Positions 17,416-32,081 of a stretch of 64,000 bases of DNA are shown here, piece after piece. Within the stretch, counting starts at the first letter, position 1. Each line of letters opens with the position of its first letter. The stretch comes from Blastocystis sp. Blastoise (lineage: Eukaryota; Protista; Bigyra: Opalinata), in contig JBBPEB010000014.1 in the NCBI GenBank assembly GCA_039096225.1, positions 1,054,001 to 1,118,000 on the forward strand, in the 5' to 3' direction. The notes under the pieces are model-generated. The model ran no database searches, was not told where the DNA came from, and was given only the letters and a program-made list of their open reading frames with translations. The translations under genes and the position numbers were made by a program.

Positions 17416-17684
17416 ATTTCGTTTTAGAAATAAAAAAAAATGTATTTTCAAAATAGTGGTTTTTTGTCTGATAACCAGTGAAGAATGAGTTTTTCCAAAA
17501 AAAAATTGTTTTTTGTTTTTTCTTTTTAAATGGTCAAGGAGTCAAATAAAATAGACAATAGATATTCATAGAATAACTAAACATACTGAAATCGTAAAAA
17601 AATGATTTATATATAAGAACACCAATTAAATATTTATCAAAAAAACATATAAAGAAGAGAAGAATTGATTTAAAAGTTAAAGAA

Positions 17685-17959
17685 TTAATTAGTTGTATTG
17701 CTTCTACTTTCAAGAAGAAGTAGTTGTTGTTTAGCTCTTTCCGATATTCCTTTCGATTTCTTTAAGATTTGTTCATATCTATATATATATATATAATTTC
17801 AAATTAGAACAATAATAATATATATATATATATATTATATATTCATATATAGGCTCATTAGTTCCACGAATAATAACTTCATTAGAGTCTTCTTGTATTT
17901 CATAGAAGAATCGTTTATAATTCACTGAAGCAGTACTTAACCAACTCTCTAATTCATCT

Positions 17960-17997
<38 letters not shown>

Positions 17998-18332
17998 AAA
18001 AGAGAAGGATAATCATTAGAATAACATATATTTGATAATAAATAATAGTATATATACTTATATGAAGAATGGAAGTAAGATGGTCGATGGAGCTAGTTCT
18101 GAATAAAGGACAATAAACATCAAGAATCAATAAACGAATATTAGACATGATTTTTTGAATGAATTCATCACCTAAATAAGAGAAGAAGAAATCACTATAT
18201 AAGAATATTTCCATTTCTTTCATGTGTTCCTTAATATTATCAAAGTTCAAGTTAATTAATAAATCAACTAATAATTCTGTGAGAGGATCAGAATATACAG
18301 TACTAATACGTTTTAAGAGCTATATATATATT

Positions 18333-18412
<80 letters not shown>

Positions 18413-18752
18413 AATGTAAAATATTTATAATAATAATAAATATATATACATCAACAATATGTGATTTCCATGCCTTTTGGTTATTAATAACAGAGGCACA
18501 AACATAACGCATGAGCCAAGGACAACATAACTCAATAGTAGATAAATACCTGTATATATAATAATAATAATAATATCTCAGATAATAATAATAATAATAA
18601 TAATAAAAGTATATATAAATACTCTGTAGGTTTGGTCATATTGAAGATGATGTTATTAAATATGTCGATTCCCGCGGGGTGTTGAGCAGCGAGGAATAAA
18701 CTCCAGTGAAGAAGATAAGCACGTTGCTGGAGAAGCTCAGAAGGACTAGATG

Positions 18753-18783
<31 letters not shown>

Positions 18784-19998
18784 TTTGAATAATAACAATA
18801 ATCAGAAATAAAAATTTTGGATTACATATGATATATATATATAAATAAATATAATATAACATAATATAATACTATACATATCTATATCTATATACATCAG
18901 TAGAGATAATATCCATAATACGTTTCATTCCTAGAAAAGCATCTTGAGAGGACGAATGAAGTAAATCGGCAGCGAATTTGCCCCAAAGAGCGACGACAAG
19001 AGGATCATTAGGCATAGAGATAGGACGAGGAAGAGTAGGAGTTAAAAGAGTACTATATATAGATATAAGTATAGAATAATATGTAAGCAATAAAGGCATA
19101 TATATATAGAAGTATACTACTTTTAAACAAATATATATATATATACATATAATAGAAAAGAAGTTCTGAAGCTTCTTGATAAGCACCACAATCCATTTGG
19201 AATTTAGCGATAGAGAGAGATTCATCAATAGCAGAAGAAGATATCTATATATATATTATATATATATAAAATTAAAATAAAAATAATTAAAAATAATAAA
19301 AAAAAATGAACAATTATAAATATAAAAATTAACTAGTATACTATAATAAATGAAAAAAAAAAGAATAGAATAGATATTTCATGTTCTTGAAGAGCTTGTC
19401 TAGTAAATAAATTATCGTTAATAAGTTGATCGACAGTCTCTGTCTCATTAGATAAGAAAGAAACAAAATCATTTTCTTGAATAACTTTAAATTGAGCTAA
19501 TACTTCTTCTCTTTTATCAAGCATTTCTTGAGGAACTTCTTCAGTATTATTAACAGATTTATAAATTTCTATAGCAAAATCAACCATCTTAGTAGGTTTT
19601 AATAATTCAAGCTTAGCCATATCAAGATCTTTTTGAATATACATCTAAAAAAATAATAATAATCGAAGATATTTTCAAAAATGATGTTTATAAAAATAGA
19701 AACGAATGCCAATAAACTTATAAAACAAATAGAAGCAAGCGTATACATTCCAGTAGATTCTAGCCAACTGAAAACAGGGAATAATAAATGTAAATCTAAA
19801 AAGGGTGATATCTTTCCAATGATATCGTATTTTAAATAGTATAAACAATAAATTCAGTCCATCGAAGTCAATAAAAACTTATGATACTATTATATAAATA
19901 ACTAATTATATACTTGAATCTCGGGGATGGTAAACTTCAGGAGTGTTTTCCATAGTTTCTTCAACAGTTCTTTCTTCATTAATATTTTCTTCAGTCAT
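17685..19998 (-). CDS. EIF3E: Translation initiation factor eIF3 subunit E (INT6)
   Basis: YDIIGKISPFLDLHLLFP, KLELLKPTKMVDFA, AKFQMDCGAY, ALWGKFAAD, LQQRAYLLHWSLF, YSDPLTELL and C-terminal YEQILKKSK match eIF3e. Several junctions need non-canonical termini (see findings). Confidence 0.95.
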
Positions 19999-20194
19999 CT
20001 CTCGATTCTTTATTTCACAAAACGATAACAAATGAAAACTAACTAAAAAATTGATGGCTTCAGAAAACGAATGTGTATAAAGAAATGAGTGGAATTATTC
20101 ATGATTTTTTTTGATTTACAGAGTCAATTTCTTAAAAAGTCGATATAAAAATTCTTAACAGATTTGTCATTTTATTTCTTTTATTATAAACTAA

Positions 20195-20906
20195 ATGGTA
20201 TATATAATGTCATATTCATATTGTTTATTGAATATAGTCAAAATTAGAATTACTTCTTGTAGCAGGTCTTCGTGGAGATGGGAGAAAACCTAATGAAATT
20301 CGAAGATTAGCTTGTCGTTTTGGTGTTTTTGATGATTGTGATGGATCATTTTACTTAGAAATGGGTAATACTAAAGTTTTAGCTGTTGTGTATGTCACTT
20401 GTTTGCTTTTTTATACTTATTTATCTATATACATATTTTCCATTCCTTAGATATGGTCCCAGAGAAGTTCAGATGAAGTCTAAAGAACAAATTGATAAAG
20501 CTTATGTTGAATGTGTAGTTTCAGTGTCTCCATTTTCTGGATTAGAAAGAAAGCAAATATCTAAAAACAATAGACAGACACAGGAGATGGCATTAGCAAT
20601 TCAACGATGTTATGAAAATGTGATTTTAACACATCTCTATCCACATTCTCAGATTAGTATTCATTTAAGTATTATCTCAAGTGATGGAAGCTTATTATCT
20701 GCTTGTATTAATGCAGCTACATTAGCTCTAATCGATGCTGGTGTTCCCATGAGTGATTTTCTTGTATCTTGTACTGCTGGTTATATAGAAAGAACTTGTT
20801 TAATAGGTATGTTATTTATTATTTTATTTATTATGATTTATTATTTTATTATTATATATTTTATTTTTTTATTTATTATACATTTTATTTATTTATTTAT
20901 TATACA

Positions 20907-20971
<65 letters not shown>

Positions 20972-21215
20972 TATATTTATTCTATATATATATATATATA
21001 TATTCTTATAGATTTAAATAATCAGGAGAGTAGAACGGGTGGTGTAGTACTGCCTGTAGCTTGGTTACCGCGTACAAACTCATTCCCTCTTGTTACTATG
21101 GACTCGAAAATACCCCTTAATGTGTTTGAAGTATATATATATATATACTTATATATATATCCTAAGATTTTATAAAATTAGAATGTAGAGGTTGAATTTA
21201 TATTTTATCATTTTA

Positions 21216-21269
<54 letters not shown>

Positions 21270-21478
21270 ATATTATAATTGTTTATTATTATGTTTGATC
21301 TATAGGATATATTAAATTCAGCTAGAGAAGGATGCAGACAAGTGTATAATATTTTATCAAATGAAGTATATATTATTCAATATATATTATTTAATCATTC
21401 ATTACTCTTTATATATAGGTCAAAGAAAACGCTTTAAGAATGATCCAATCAGAACGACGTTTTGAAAAGGATCAGTAA
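20195..21478 (+). CDS. RRP41: Exosome RNase PH-like subunit RRP41 (EXOSC4/SKI6)
   Basis: ATG directly followed by an intron, then GLRGDGRKPNEIRR, DGSFYLEMGNTKVLAVVYGPRE, YPHSQISI, DGSLLSACINAATLALIDAGVPM. Confidence 0.93.
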
Positions 21479-21728
21479 CTTTTAATATTTTTTTTAATGT
21501 CTATTTGTTTATATGTTCTTTATATATGTGTATTTTTTTATGTTTTTTATAATAATTGATTTCATCATCTTTCCATATTTAAATGAATGCAAATATATTA
21601 ATATTAAAGTTTTACACATGATATCATCAAATAAGACACTATTCAAATTAAATATACAAAAATAACATAACAAATAAAAAAAAAGGAAAGTAATAAATAC
21701 ATAAACAAGAATGAAAAACAAATATGAT

Positions 21729-22842
21729 TTAATTTAATATAGGATGTTCCATAATCTTTTGTAAATATTTGGCAGCTCTAAAAATATTTATTAATATATT
21801 ATATATATATAGATAGAGAAAAAAAGACAAAAATAGATTATATATTATATATTATATATTATATATTATATATTATATATTATATATACTTTTTTCCCAT
21901 TTCAATAAGATCAAATAATTCTTGTTCTTCAACTATACCTATATAATATATATATAATGAATAGAAATACATATATATATATACCAGATTGTTTACAAAC
22001 GGATAATTTCAAATCATCATTAAATCCTAAAATAATAGATGTAGAAGCAGCCTATATATATATATATATATAAAGAAAATCAAAATATTTATTAATACAA
22101 AAAAAATGAATTATGAATATATATATAAATAAATAATAAATAAATAAATAAATAAATAAATAATAATACTATAATATAAATACTGTTTGTTCTTTGAGGT
22201 CTGGGTCTATAAGATATCGTCCATCTATAGCACGGCATAAAGTCACTGCATAAATATTTGATTTTATAGGTATTTCTATATATATATAAACAATAAAAAT
22301 GAATAGAAGAAAGAAGATGATAAAATAAAACATATTATTTTCATAAAACAATAACAATAAGATTATAATAATACCTGCATCAATAAGAGCTAATAAAACA
22401 GCTTGGATAATAGACGATAATAACTGTATATATATATAATATAATGAATATAGAATAATGATTATATATATACAGAGCCATCGTCGGAAATAATTTGAAC
22501 GTTTACAATAATCGTAGATCTTGGAAAATAAGTTCTTTGTATCATTGATTCTAATAACTTTTGAATATAATATCCATTTTCAATAATATTTGCAGAATCT
22601 TTATCATTCAGATAATTGATATTCACTTCAACAGTAGCCTGATAAAAGTTCTCTTTCACAGATTTCACTGGTTTTTTAGGAGCTAATACACTTGCTAAGA
22701 CAATTGTTTTCTCTATTGTGATCTTCGCAGATCCATCCGCTCTACTTAATACTCCTTTCTCATAAGTAAATGGACGAAACTGATCATCTTGTCTTCCATT
22801 TTCTCTATATTTTTGTCTTAAAGCAGAAACATCTAATTCCAT
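21729..22842 (-). CDS. RRP46: Exosome RNase PH-like subunit RRP46 (EXOSC5)
   Basis: GRQDDQFRP, GVLSRADGSA, FPRSTIIVNVQIISDDGS, LALIDA, YLIDPDLKEQ. GT-AG introns; ends HPILN*. Confidence 0.88.
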
Positions 22843-23697
22843 ATTGACCTTTTATCAAGAAAATCAAGATAATATATTAAGAATAACCCAAAAAATAGAC
22901 TATTTTTATAAGCAACGAAAAATTCATGGAAAAGAGTTGTTTTGTTTTTAATTTTTCCTTTATCATTTATTACCTATTCTTTTTTGAAACTTAGTTTATT
23001 GTGAGTTTTATGTACTCTTAAATCATAAACTCCATAATTGTCCAAAATCTCAAAACAATTTCATGAATTAAAATATTCATTCTTTGTCATAGATACTTTC
23101 TAGAATACTTTTGTGTCATGTGCGCATCCTGATTATGATTCTCGTAATACATTCAATATAAAAACAGTATTTTAATATCAAGAACCTAAAGAAAACAACG
23201 AAATTATTTTTTTTTATATTTGTCAAGTAGATATTCCTTTAAAGCTATTTATGAAATAGATTACAAACAAAACACAAATAAAAAAATCAATTAATTAGAT
23301 TGAAATACTAATAGAAAGGATTCTATCGTTAACACAAATACTGATATTTGTATAAGTAAATGTGGTAATAAAAGAATACATGTAAAAAGTATTCAATGTT
23401 TATATAGAAATAGAGAACATTTTCAAATGAATTTGCATACAGAATGATAAATAAATAATGTATTTAAAGCAATATAAATAATAGATAATAAGTATAATAA
23501 TCAATATAAATCAAGTTGTCTCTAAAAGTATCAAAAAAGAGAAAGAAAGATTAGAGCATATACTATAAAAAAGAAATAATATTTAAAAAATATAATATAT
23601 ATTAAAAAAAATAATGTACTAATACATATTTCTCACATGAATAATAGACTGACGAATATTACTTAAGAGAATATATATATAATAGAGAATAGGATTT

Positions 23698-25736
23698 TTA
23701 GGATTTTCTAGTATATACTTCATAATCATATACAATAAAATGATTATCCTGCCAAATAGGTCCAGAATTGACAAATAAAGTAGTTTTATAGGTAGTATTC
23801 CAAGTATAATTAGGGAATGCACTATTGGCATCACAATCAATATAACTATTATTATTGTTATTACAGTGGTCTGATATATGTATAGAACGAGAGAAAGAAG
23901 GGCCTTGTAATTCATTATACATAAGAGCAATAGAAGAACGTATGGGATACATTGTAGGCTCTTCCCCGTGGGGATTACGTAATGTAAATAGAAAAGCCTT
24001 ATCATCTTCAATAGAAAACAAAGCTATATAATATGTATATGAATATAATATAAAAAATATCTATATTATAGTTAATAGTATATATATGTAAATTGGAAAC
24101 ACAATAAAATCATTTCATTAAAAATATATTTATATTAAAATGTAAAAAGAGATATATATTAAGTATTATTATAAGTATAATAAGTATAATAATAACAATA
24201 ATAAACATACAAATACGTGACTTATCCCATCCTACTTTAGTATAGCCTCCAAAACTATAAATGACATCATTTATTTTAGAATAGAATATAACTAATGTTT
24301 CTCCTTTATTATCACAATATTCATGAAAACTTTTACTACTGAAATCATGCTCAGAAGCTCTAGAGAAAAAAGATTAATATATATGTTATATATTAATATA
24401 GTTTAGAAATAAATATATACTAAAAACGAAATATTAAAAATTATGCAAAAAAAAATAAGATTTATATATATAATATATAAGATTGTATATTTATATACAA
24501 AATTATAATATAATAGAAATAGAAATATATATTTAATATAAATAGAATCATAAATATATAATATATACGAAATTATAATATTATATATAAATAGAATTAA
24601 ATAATATAAATAGAATTATAAATATACCTGAATGTGAATTGCCACGATTGGCCCGATCCTGTCCATTGAACTAATTTAGAAATATAAGACATATTCAGTA
24701 GTTTACTGAAATAACTAATTGTTAATTGAGATTTCAATTGAGATGAAAGGGAAATACATAATGATTTCAAATCATTAAAGAATAAATTGATATTAAAACA
24801 TTTTATTTTCTCTGTAGAATGAATAAATGAAGAAGTAGTAAGATAAGCTTCAATAACACTTACATAATTAATAGGTATATCGATATAACAAGATTTTTGT
24901 TGTTCATCAAAAATGATATATTGTTCATCAACTTGATTTATTAAAGAATTTATACAATAATGACTATCATAATAATTACGAATACATGTATTTGCTTTAT
25001 GATTAATAAGTAACTTTGGATTTGGTGGTATTAATTTACGCTTATAAAGTTTCCAACTAATTCTTAAATCTAATAATTCAGTACGAAATGGTAATCGATA
25101 AAAAGAAAACTCATCAGCAATTTCTTTCTTTTCTTTATCACTATAAACAGAAAAATCGATGGATTTATTATTCATATAATCTATAATTAAAGAAAAATAA
25201 TCATCCTTATAATCAATGTAAACATCACCTTCGGGTGTTCTTACATTTGGATCTAAATATAACTCCGTTAAATAACTTCCATAATATTCATTAAGTATAC
25301 TTTCAGGAATAGAATATCGTTTTTCATTATTTTGGGTAATAAAAGCAGGCTTCTTGGAATCTCTCAGATGATCTACACATACAGACATCGATTCTAAATT
25401 ATCATTGAAGACATTTTCATCCAGGTTAATTTTTGAAATAAGATTCGAAACATTATTCGTAGTATGACTCGAAATATCTTGGAGATCCGTGATAAAAGAA
25501 TGATTAATCAGCTCAATATCATCTTTATATCGCTTAACAAGATCCTTCTTCTTATTCATATTTTCTATTTCAGTATCAAGATAGTTACTAACATTATTTG
25601 CTAAATGTTCAGAAATATTTAACTTTTTATCAGATTTGCTTGCATAAATGGCGAATAGGCAGGCTTCTATATCTTTGCACGAAGATTCAAAAGACTTTAT
25701 TGAATCTAAAAGTAATTGAAAATCGTAACTATCCAT
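23698..25736 (-). CDS. Coiled-coil + KCTD-type BTB-like + TLDc domain protein
   Basis: BTB-like GSYLTELY...DVYIDYKDDYFSLIIDYM...EFSFYRLP. TLDc motifs FRASEHDFSSKSFHEYCDNKGETL, FGGYT, AFLFTLRNPHG, GPSF, YEVY. Confidence 0.85.
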
Positions 25737-26221
25737 ATAACACAAGACGAGCACAGTTTTATTTTTGAAAATAAATGAAAGCAACTAAACAAATAAAAAT
25801 TATTTGAAATAGATGCTTTAATAATGTAACAGAAACAAAAAAAACATTGAAAAAGAATTATTTTTTTTATATTAAAGACTAAGATAAATACGTATTTTTA
25901 TGTTAATAATTTTTATAAAACAATTACTTTTATTTTTAAATATAAATTAGTCAATAAGATGTAAGTAAATGTCAATCATAATTTAGAATGCGTTTAATAA
26001 ATGGTATATTTTGTATTAGAAAAAACAAGAAGCATTATATGATAACTTTCGTTAAATGACAGAACATGAAGAACAATATTTTACCAAAAAAGGTGAAATT
26101 GAAAAAGTATCATACTTGAAATAATGCATCAGAAAATATTAATTGACTAAATAAGAATAAGATATAAAAATAGAAATTTAGGTATCTAAAATAAAAATAA
26201 AAATGAAAAGTAAAATGTTGT

Positions 26222-29090
26222 TTAGAACAACTTTAGCTTTCGTTTCTTTTCTTTTTGTTTCCATAAGGGAAGAACTTTATATTCTGCTTTAGAGCATCCA
26301 AATAAACTTTCAAATTCATGATCCGATAAATGGAATTCTCTTCTAGAAATATCAACATTGGATGAATAAGGAGATTGCTAAAGAATAGTAATAATTAGTA
26401 TATATATATTAATATTGATAATAGAAAGATATTTAGATATAGAATGTTGTTTTATTAGAATGATATTAAAATGATATTTATATTAGAATGATACTAAAAT
26501 GATATTTATATTAGAATGATACTAAAATTATATTTATATTAGAATGATATTAAAATAATATTTATATTAGAATGTTGTTAATTTATATAAATACATATAA
26601 ATAGATATGAGAAACTAGAATGAATATATATAAAGATAATGAGTAATAATAGTAAATATAATAGTATTCACATACAGTTAATTGCATATAAGGATAAATG
26701 GGTAATTCATCTTCAGAAAGCATCTTAAGTTTCTCTTGAGTCATTTTTAATTGATTTTCTAAGTATAAATATATATATATTGATTTATTTTTTAAATAAT
26801 GGTAGAATTTAAAGAATAATATAATTGATAGAATGAAATAAAAAATATATATATATATCTTAGAATATAAAATAAGCAGATTTTACAAGTATAAGATATA
26901 TATATACTAAAAATAAATAATAATAATAATAATAAATAAATATATACCATCGTGTTTAAATTGATATCCACAAGTAGGACATACTTCTACATTTGAAAGA
27001 GATGGTGTAGAACAATTAGGGCATAATATAGCTTCTGTTGTAGTAACAGTTACTGTTTTTGTTTGTTTCTTTGTAGTTGTAATAGAAGGATTTGAATCAG
27101 GAATAGATATAGAATTCATTTTAGGAATAGAAGAAGTCGATGAATTATTAGTATTTGAAATATCAGGAAGAGAAGAAGAAGAAGGAGGTGAATTAACGAG
27201 AGGAGAAGAAGGAGATAAAAGAGTAGTAGGAATAAAAGGAGAAGAAGGAATAGAAGAAGAAGAAGAAGAATTGATAGTTGTAGAAGTAGTTGTAGTTATA
27301 GCAGGAGTAGGAGTAGGAGTAGGAGAAGTAGGAGAAGAAATAGAAGAAGAAGAAGATCGTGATGCAAATAATGGCTTACGAGGAAGAGGAGAAGTTGAAG
27401 AATAAGAAGGTTGTTTATCTATATAATATAGATAACATAGAATAATATGTTTATATATATTATATAGTAGTATATATTATATTATAAGTATATAATATAT
27501 AGTATATAGTATATTATATATATAGTATATAATATATAGTATATAGTATATTATATATATAGTATATAATATATATAGTATACCTTCATTTATAATAGAG
27601 GATATAGAGTTAATAGAAGTATGATTATAATCTTTCGGTGTAGATGGAGGAGTAGAGAGAGTAGAGGATAAAGTAGAAGGAATAGATTTATGTATAGTAG
27701 TAGTCGTAGTAGTCGTAGTAGTCGTAGTAGAAGAAGGAGGAGGAGAAGGAAGTGTTGAAGAGAGAGAAGAAGTAGAAGGAGAAGGAGATGAAATAGTATT
27801 AAATGTACTCGTTCTACGTTCTGTAGGTAATATTGACATTCGTCCTGAAGGAGAATTGACTTCACACAATATCTCACTTGTTGGTGTGATATGAATTCTA
27901 TTCATTATATATATAAATATATTGTTTTTATTATCAGGTTATTATATTTATTATATCATAAAATGAAGTAAAGAAAGAAATCATAATAATAATCATAATA
28001 ATAATCATAATAATCATAATAATCATAATAATCATAATAATCATAATAATCAAAATAATCATAATCATAATCATAATAATCATAATAATCATAATATATA
28101 TATATACCTATCAGGAGATCGTTTACTATTTGCACAATCAACACAATAAGGGGCTCCTTCAATAGGAACAAATTTCATCGATTCTATATATATATATATA
28201 ATTAAATATACATATAGGAAATAATATAATATAAAAAGATATATATATATGTACTAAATATTTCAAATATATATATAATATACGTTCAAATTTCTTATTA
28301 CACGCAGTGCATCGAAAGCAATCTGGATGCCAACTTCTTCCCATAGCTAATACATTCTAAATAGAAAATAATAATATGAAATCGTAATATAAAAAAACAA
28401 ATTCATGAAAATATGAATTATTTTAATATATAGAAATAAAGTTATTTATAATACAACAAGAATGAATAAAAGCAAAAAATAAATAAATAATTTATTTAAT
28501 TATTATAGCATATACTTCAGTACCCACTCCTTTTCCACATTTAGCACAAGGATCTGAAAATGTTTTCGAAAAACAATTTTTACAAACAGGTTTATATACC
28601 AATAAATCATCAATAACAAACTCTTTTTTAATAAACTTACCACCTTCAAAAGGATTCTTACACAGCCAACAACGGAAATGTTCCTAAGAAATAAATAAAA
28701 ATCATAGTGATCATATATATAGTCACATACAATAGTAAATTATAACAAAGATAGAATTAAAAACAAAACATACTTTATGATAAGGTTTTCCAAGAGCTTC
28801 TACAAAAACTCCTCGAATAACATCTCCACAATCAGCACACTTCTTACCAAACTTTTGTAAATAATGTTCTTCACAATAAGGAATATCCTATTGAAAATCA
28901 AACAAAATAGCAAGTCAAAAACCACGAACAATATATTCAAATATACATTATAGCTTCTGAATGGAACTGTACTTAATCTTACGTCACATTCAGTGCATGT
29001 AAAACAGCCATCGTGATAACGATGATTCAGCGCTTCAACAATAGTTCCATCTAATTTTCTATGACATGTAAAGCATCGATCACTTTCCAT
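26222..29090 (-). CDS. Three LIM domains + Ser/Pro/Thr linker + zinc ribbon + C-terminal villin headpiece (abLIM-like actin binder)
   Basis: LIMs CFTC..YHDGCFTCTEC..PYCEEH, CADC..YHKEHFRCWLC..VCKNC and CAKC..WHPDCFRCTAC..PYCVDC. Zinc ribbon CPNC..CPTCG. Headpiece REFHLSDHEFESLFG..LPLWKQKEKKRKLKLF*. Confidence 0.9.
26440..26580. repeat. Intronic ~28-bp minisatellite (tttatattagaatgatactaaaatgata-like, ~5 copies)
   Basis: Visible tandem array in the last intron of the LIM-headpiece gene. Confidence 0.85.
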
Positions 29091-29786
29091 CTTATCAAAC
29101 ACAATTTATATACTTATATACTATATTCAAAATGGAATAAGAAATTGAAACAATTTAATTTGAAATTTGGCATCTTTCCTTCTCAAAAATGGGATTTCCC
29201 TAGAAAAAAACAAAACGAATCAATTGTATTTTGTTCATCTTATTATGAAAATAGTATTTAGTCTACATGAATTAATTATCAATCTTAAATGGGTATTTAT
29301 ATTGTCACACGCTGCATAATCAAACTTTTATTTTTTCATCACAATCACATTAACAAAAAAAATTTCATCATTTATATAATCACTTTTTCCTAATATTCAT
29401 GCAATAGGCATAATTGCTAACAGTCTATAATCATTTAAAAAAGAAAAATAATTCTATCAATGATAATTTCTGACGAATTAGTATAAATCACACTTTTTAA
29501 AGGTAATACCTTTATCAAAGATTTCAAATCCATGAAATTAATATATAGAAAAACTAATTAAAAGAGCCAATTATCATTTTGATTTTGTATTTAGATATTT
29601 TGTTAAATATGAAATATAATTCTTAGCTTGGTCAATCAAATTATGTATTATAAATATACTTACGAGCTACTAATTGATATAGCATTTAAAAATTAAAAAA
29701 AAAGAAAAACATGAGAAATATAGAAATAAAAACGGTCTATTTCAATATATTCTTGGAAATAGCTGTAATTGAATATTTTGTTAAAC

Positions 29787-30405
29787 ATGTTAAGAAGGGA
29801 GGATAGTCTACAACATTATATAGTATATTATGATTCCTTAGTCTTCATATATTATCTCTGTGTAGTTTTGTGTGAATTTAATAGGTAGTTGCTTTGGATT
29901 AAGACTTTTCACGTTGCCTTATTATATATATCAAGTATTTCTAAGTTAAGAATTCATTATGAACTGTTAATAAATAGAGTGGATTAGTAATTTCAGTTGT
30001 TTCTGCTGTTTGTGTTCTAGGAATTGTCATATTATCCTCTATGAGTTTAATCAAAACTACATATATTGGTAAATTAGAGTACGATACGGATGATATCTAC
30101 AGTCCTTACGAAGTTTTTGTTGAACAAGTATATAGTTTTGTTAGTGTGATAATTATAGTCTATTCTTATAAGAGAATTCTTCATAATAATCTATGAATAC
30201 ATTTATATCTCTACAGAAATTTGGGTTCTTTGGTTCTTTAGTTCAGTGTGTGATGTTTGTCTTAGGTTGTTGTAGTACTTATTTATCATTTGAAGTATAT
30301 TTATTTATATATAATGTTGATCTATAAAATTATTTTCTATTAGTCTCATTTTTCAAAATCATTATCATCATTTGATTGGCCAGAATCATTAAGTTTATGT
30401 ACATT

Positions 30406-30440
<35 letters not shown>

Positions 30441-32081
30441 TATTTCTATATATATTTCCTCATCAATATAGTACAAGAAGATAAATTTTGGATTATTGTA
30501 TTCTTTTTAATCACTTTCTTTTTCTGTTTATTCAAGAAATTGTCGTAAATATACACATATATATAATATATATTTTCTTGATAAGAAATATTCTAAATTT
30601 ATATTTAATAAAACTCATTTAAACTTAATCTATAGTAATATAGCTATTTTTTCTTCCATCGGTATTATTACAAATATTGTTGTCTGTACGGCTTTACTGA
30701 TGTAATTATTTATAATATATATATTCTTGATATACAGTATATTAATAGTATTCATATTACTATAATTCAGATTATACTTATATTCTCTTATATTCTCTAT
30801 TCAATATATATATTTACTTATTTTAGTTATGGTTTTATCGTTTCAAATCTCGACTGGGCTTCCTTCCCTCTCTGGTATAAGTCCGCTACTATCGACTGGG
30901 ACACAATCGTCTCCTTCTTCTTCACATTCTCCTTCGCATTCTATATTCCAAACACTGTCGTATCTATTTATTATTGTCTTGATTATCTTATCATTTTATT
31001 TTATTTTATTTTATTTTTATATCATTTTTTTTAATTTTTATATCATATTATTTTATTTTATTTTATTTTATTTTATTTTATATCATATTATTTTGTATCA
31101 TATTATTTTATTTTATTTAGTTTTTTTTAATTGCATTATATTATAAATTATTTCCTACAATTTTCCCTATACCATATAGTTTATACTCCATAATAATGAA
31201 TTATGGAAAGGATACATGATCGTAGGAATAGCTGCAGTTATCGTTATCTTCTTTAGTGTTATTGTTGGATTCTTTCTTGCTCTTGTCTTCTTTGACCCAA
31301 ATGGTATGTTCCTCTATAACTAAATCATTTCCTTCTCTTATCTTATTTATATATATTGGATTGATTCTTTACTTAATCATTATTCTATTTAAAATAATTT
31401 TAATTACATTATTATTATGTTATTATACTTATTATTATTTATTAAACAATATCTATAGATGTTAATGGAGATCGAACGAGTATTCCCGCGTTTATTTACA
31501 ATATGTTAGATACTAATTCATGGTCCTATATATTAGTATATGGTCTTGTGGATATTTCTCTTCTTTGTTTATCTCCTATTACTCTATATCCATGTTTCAA
31601 AGCTATTGATTTCTATTTTGCCAAATTAATCAGTAAAGGTATATAAATTATATATTATATTATATATTCTATATTATACTCTATATTATTCTATATTATA
31701 TCTATATTCTATATTATCATAAAATATAATATTCTCTTCTCTATATATACAGTGGATAAAAATGAGAATACTACTTTTTTTACAAATTATATTCAAATTC
31801 TTTTACGATTTTTTATATGTTTTGTTGTTTCTGGTGTTTGTTTATTTGCTCATTTGGATGATGCCTTTATTGCAAATCGTATTTATATCAATATTTATTT
31901 TTTTAACATATATCTTATATATATAGAATCATGGTTTTCTTCAGGATATATTATGTGTGTCGTCCCTGGATTATTACACTTACAAATTGTCCCCAAAAAG
32001 AATGGATGGCTCATTCTTGGAGATGTTTTCTTATGTCTTGTTGGATTCGTACTTATCTTATGGGGTATCACTAGATTATAA
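29787..32081 (+). CDS. Amino acid/auxin permease (AAAP; SLC36/38-like) transporter
   Basis: Spliced protein VNLIGSCFGLRLFTLPYYIYQSGL..., many hydrophobic segments, IAIFSSIG, FSFAFY, VVPGLLHL. Introns GT-AG and in phase. Confidence 0.78.
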
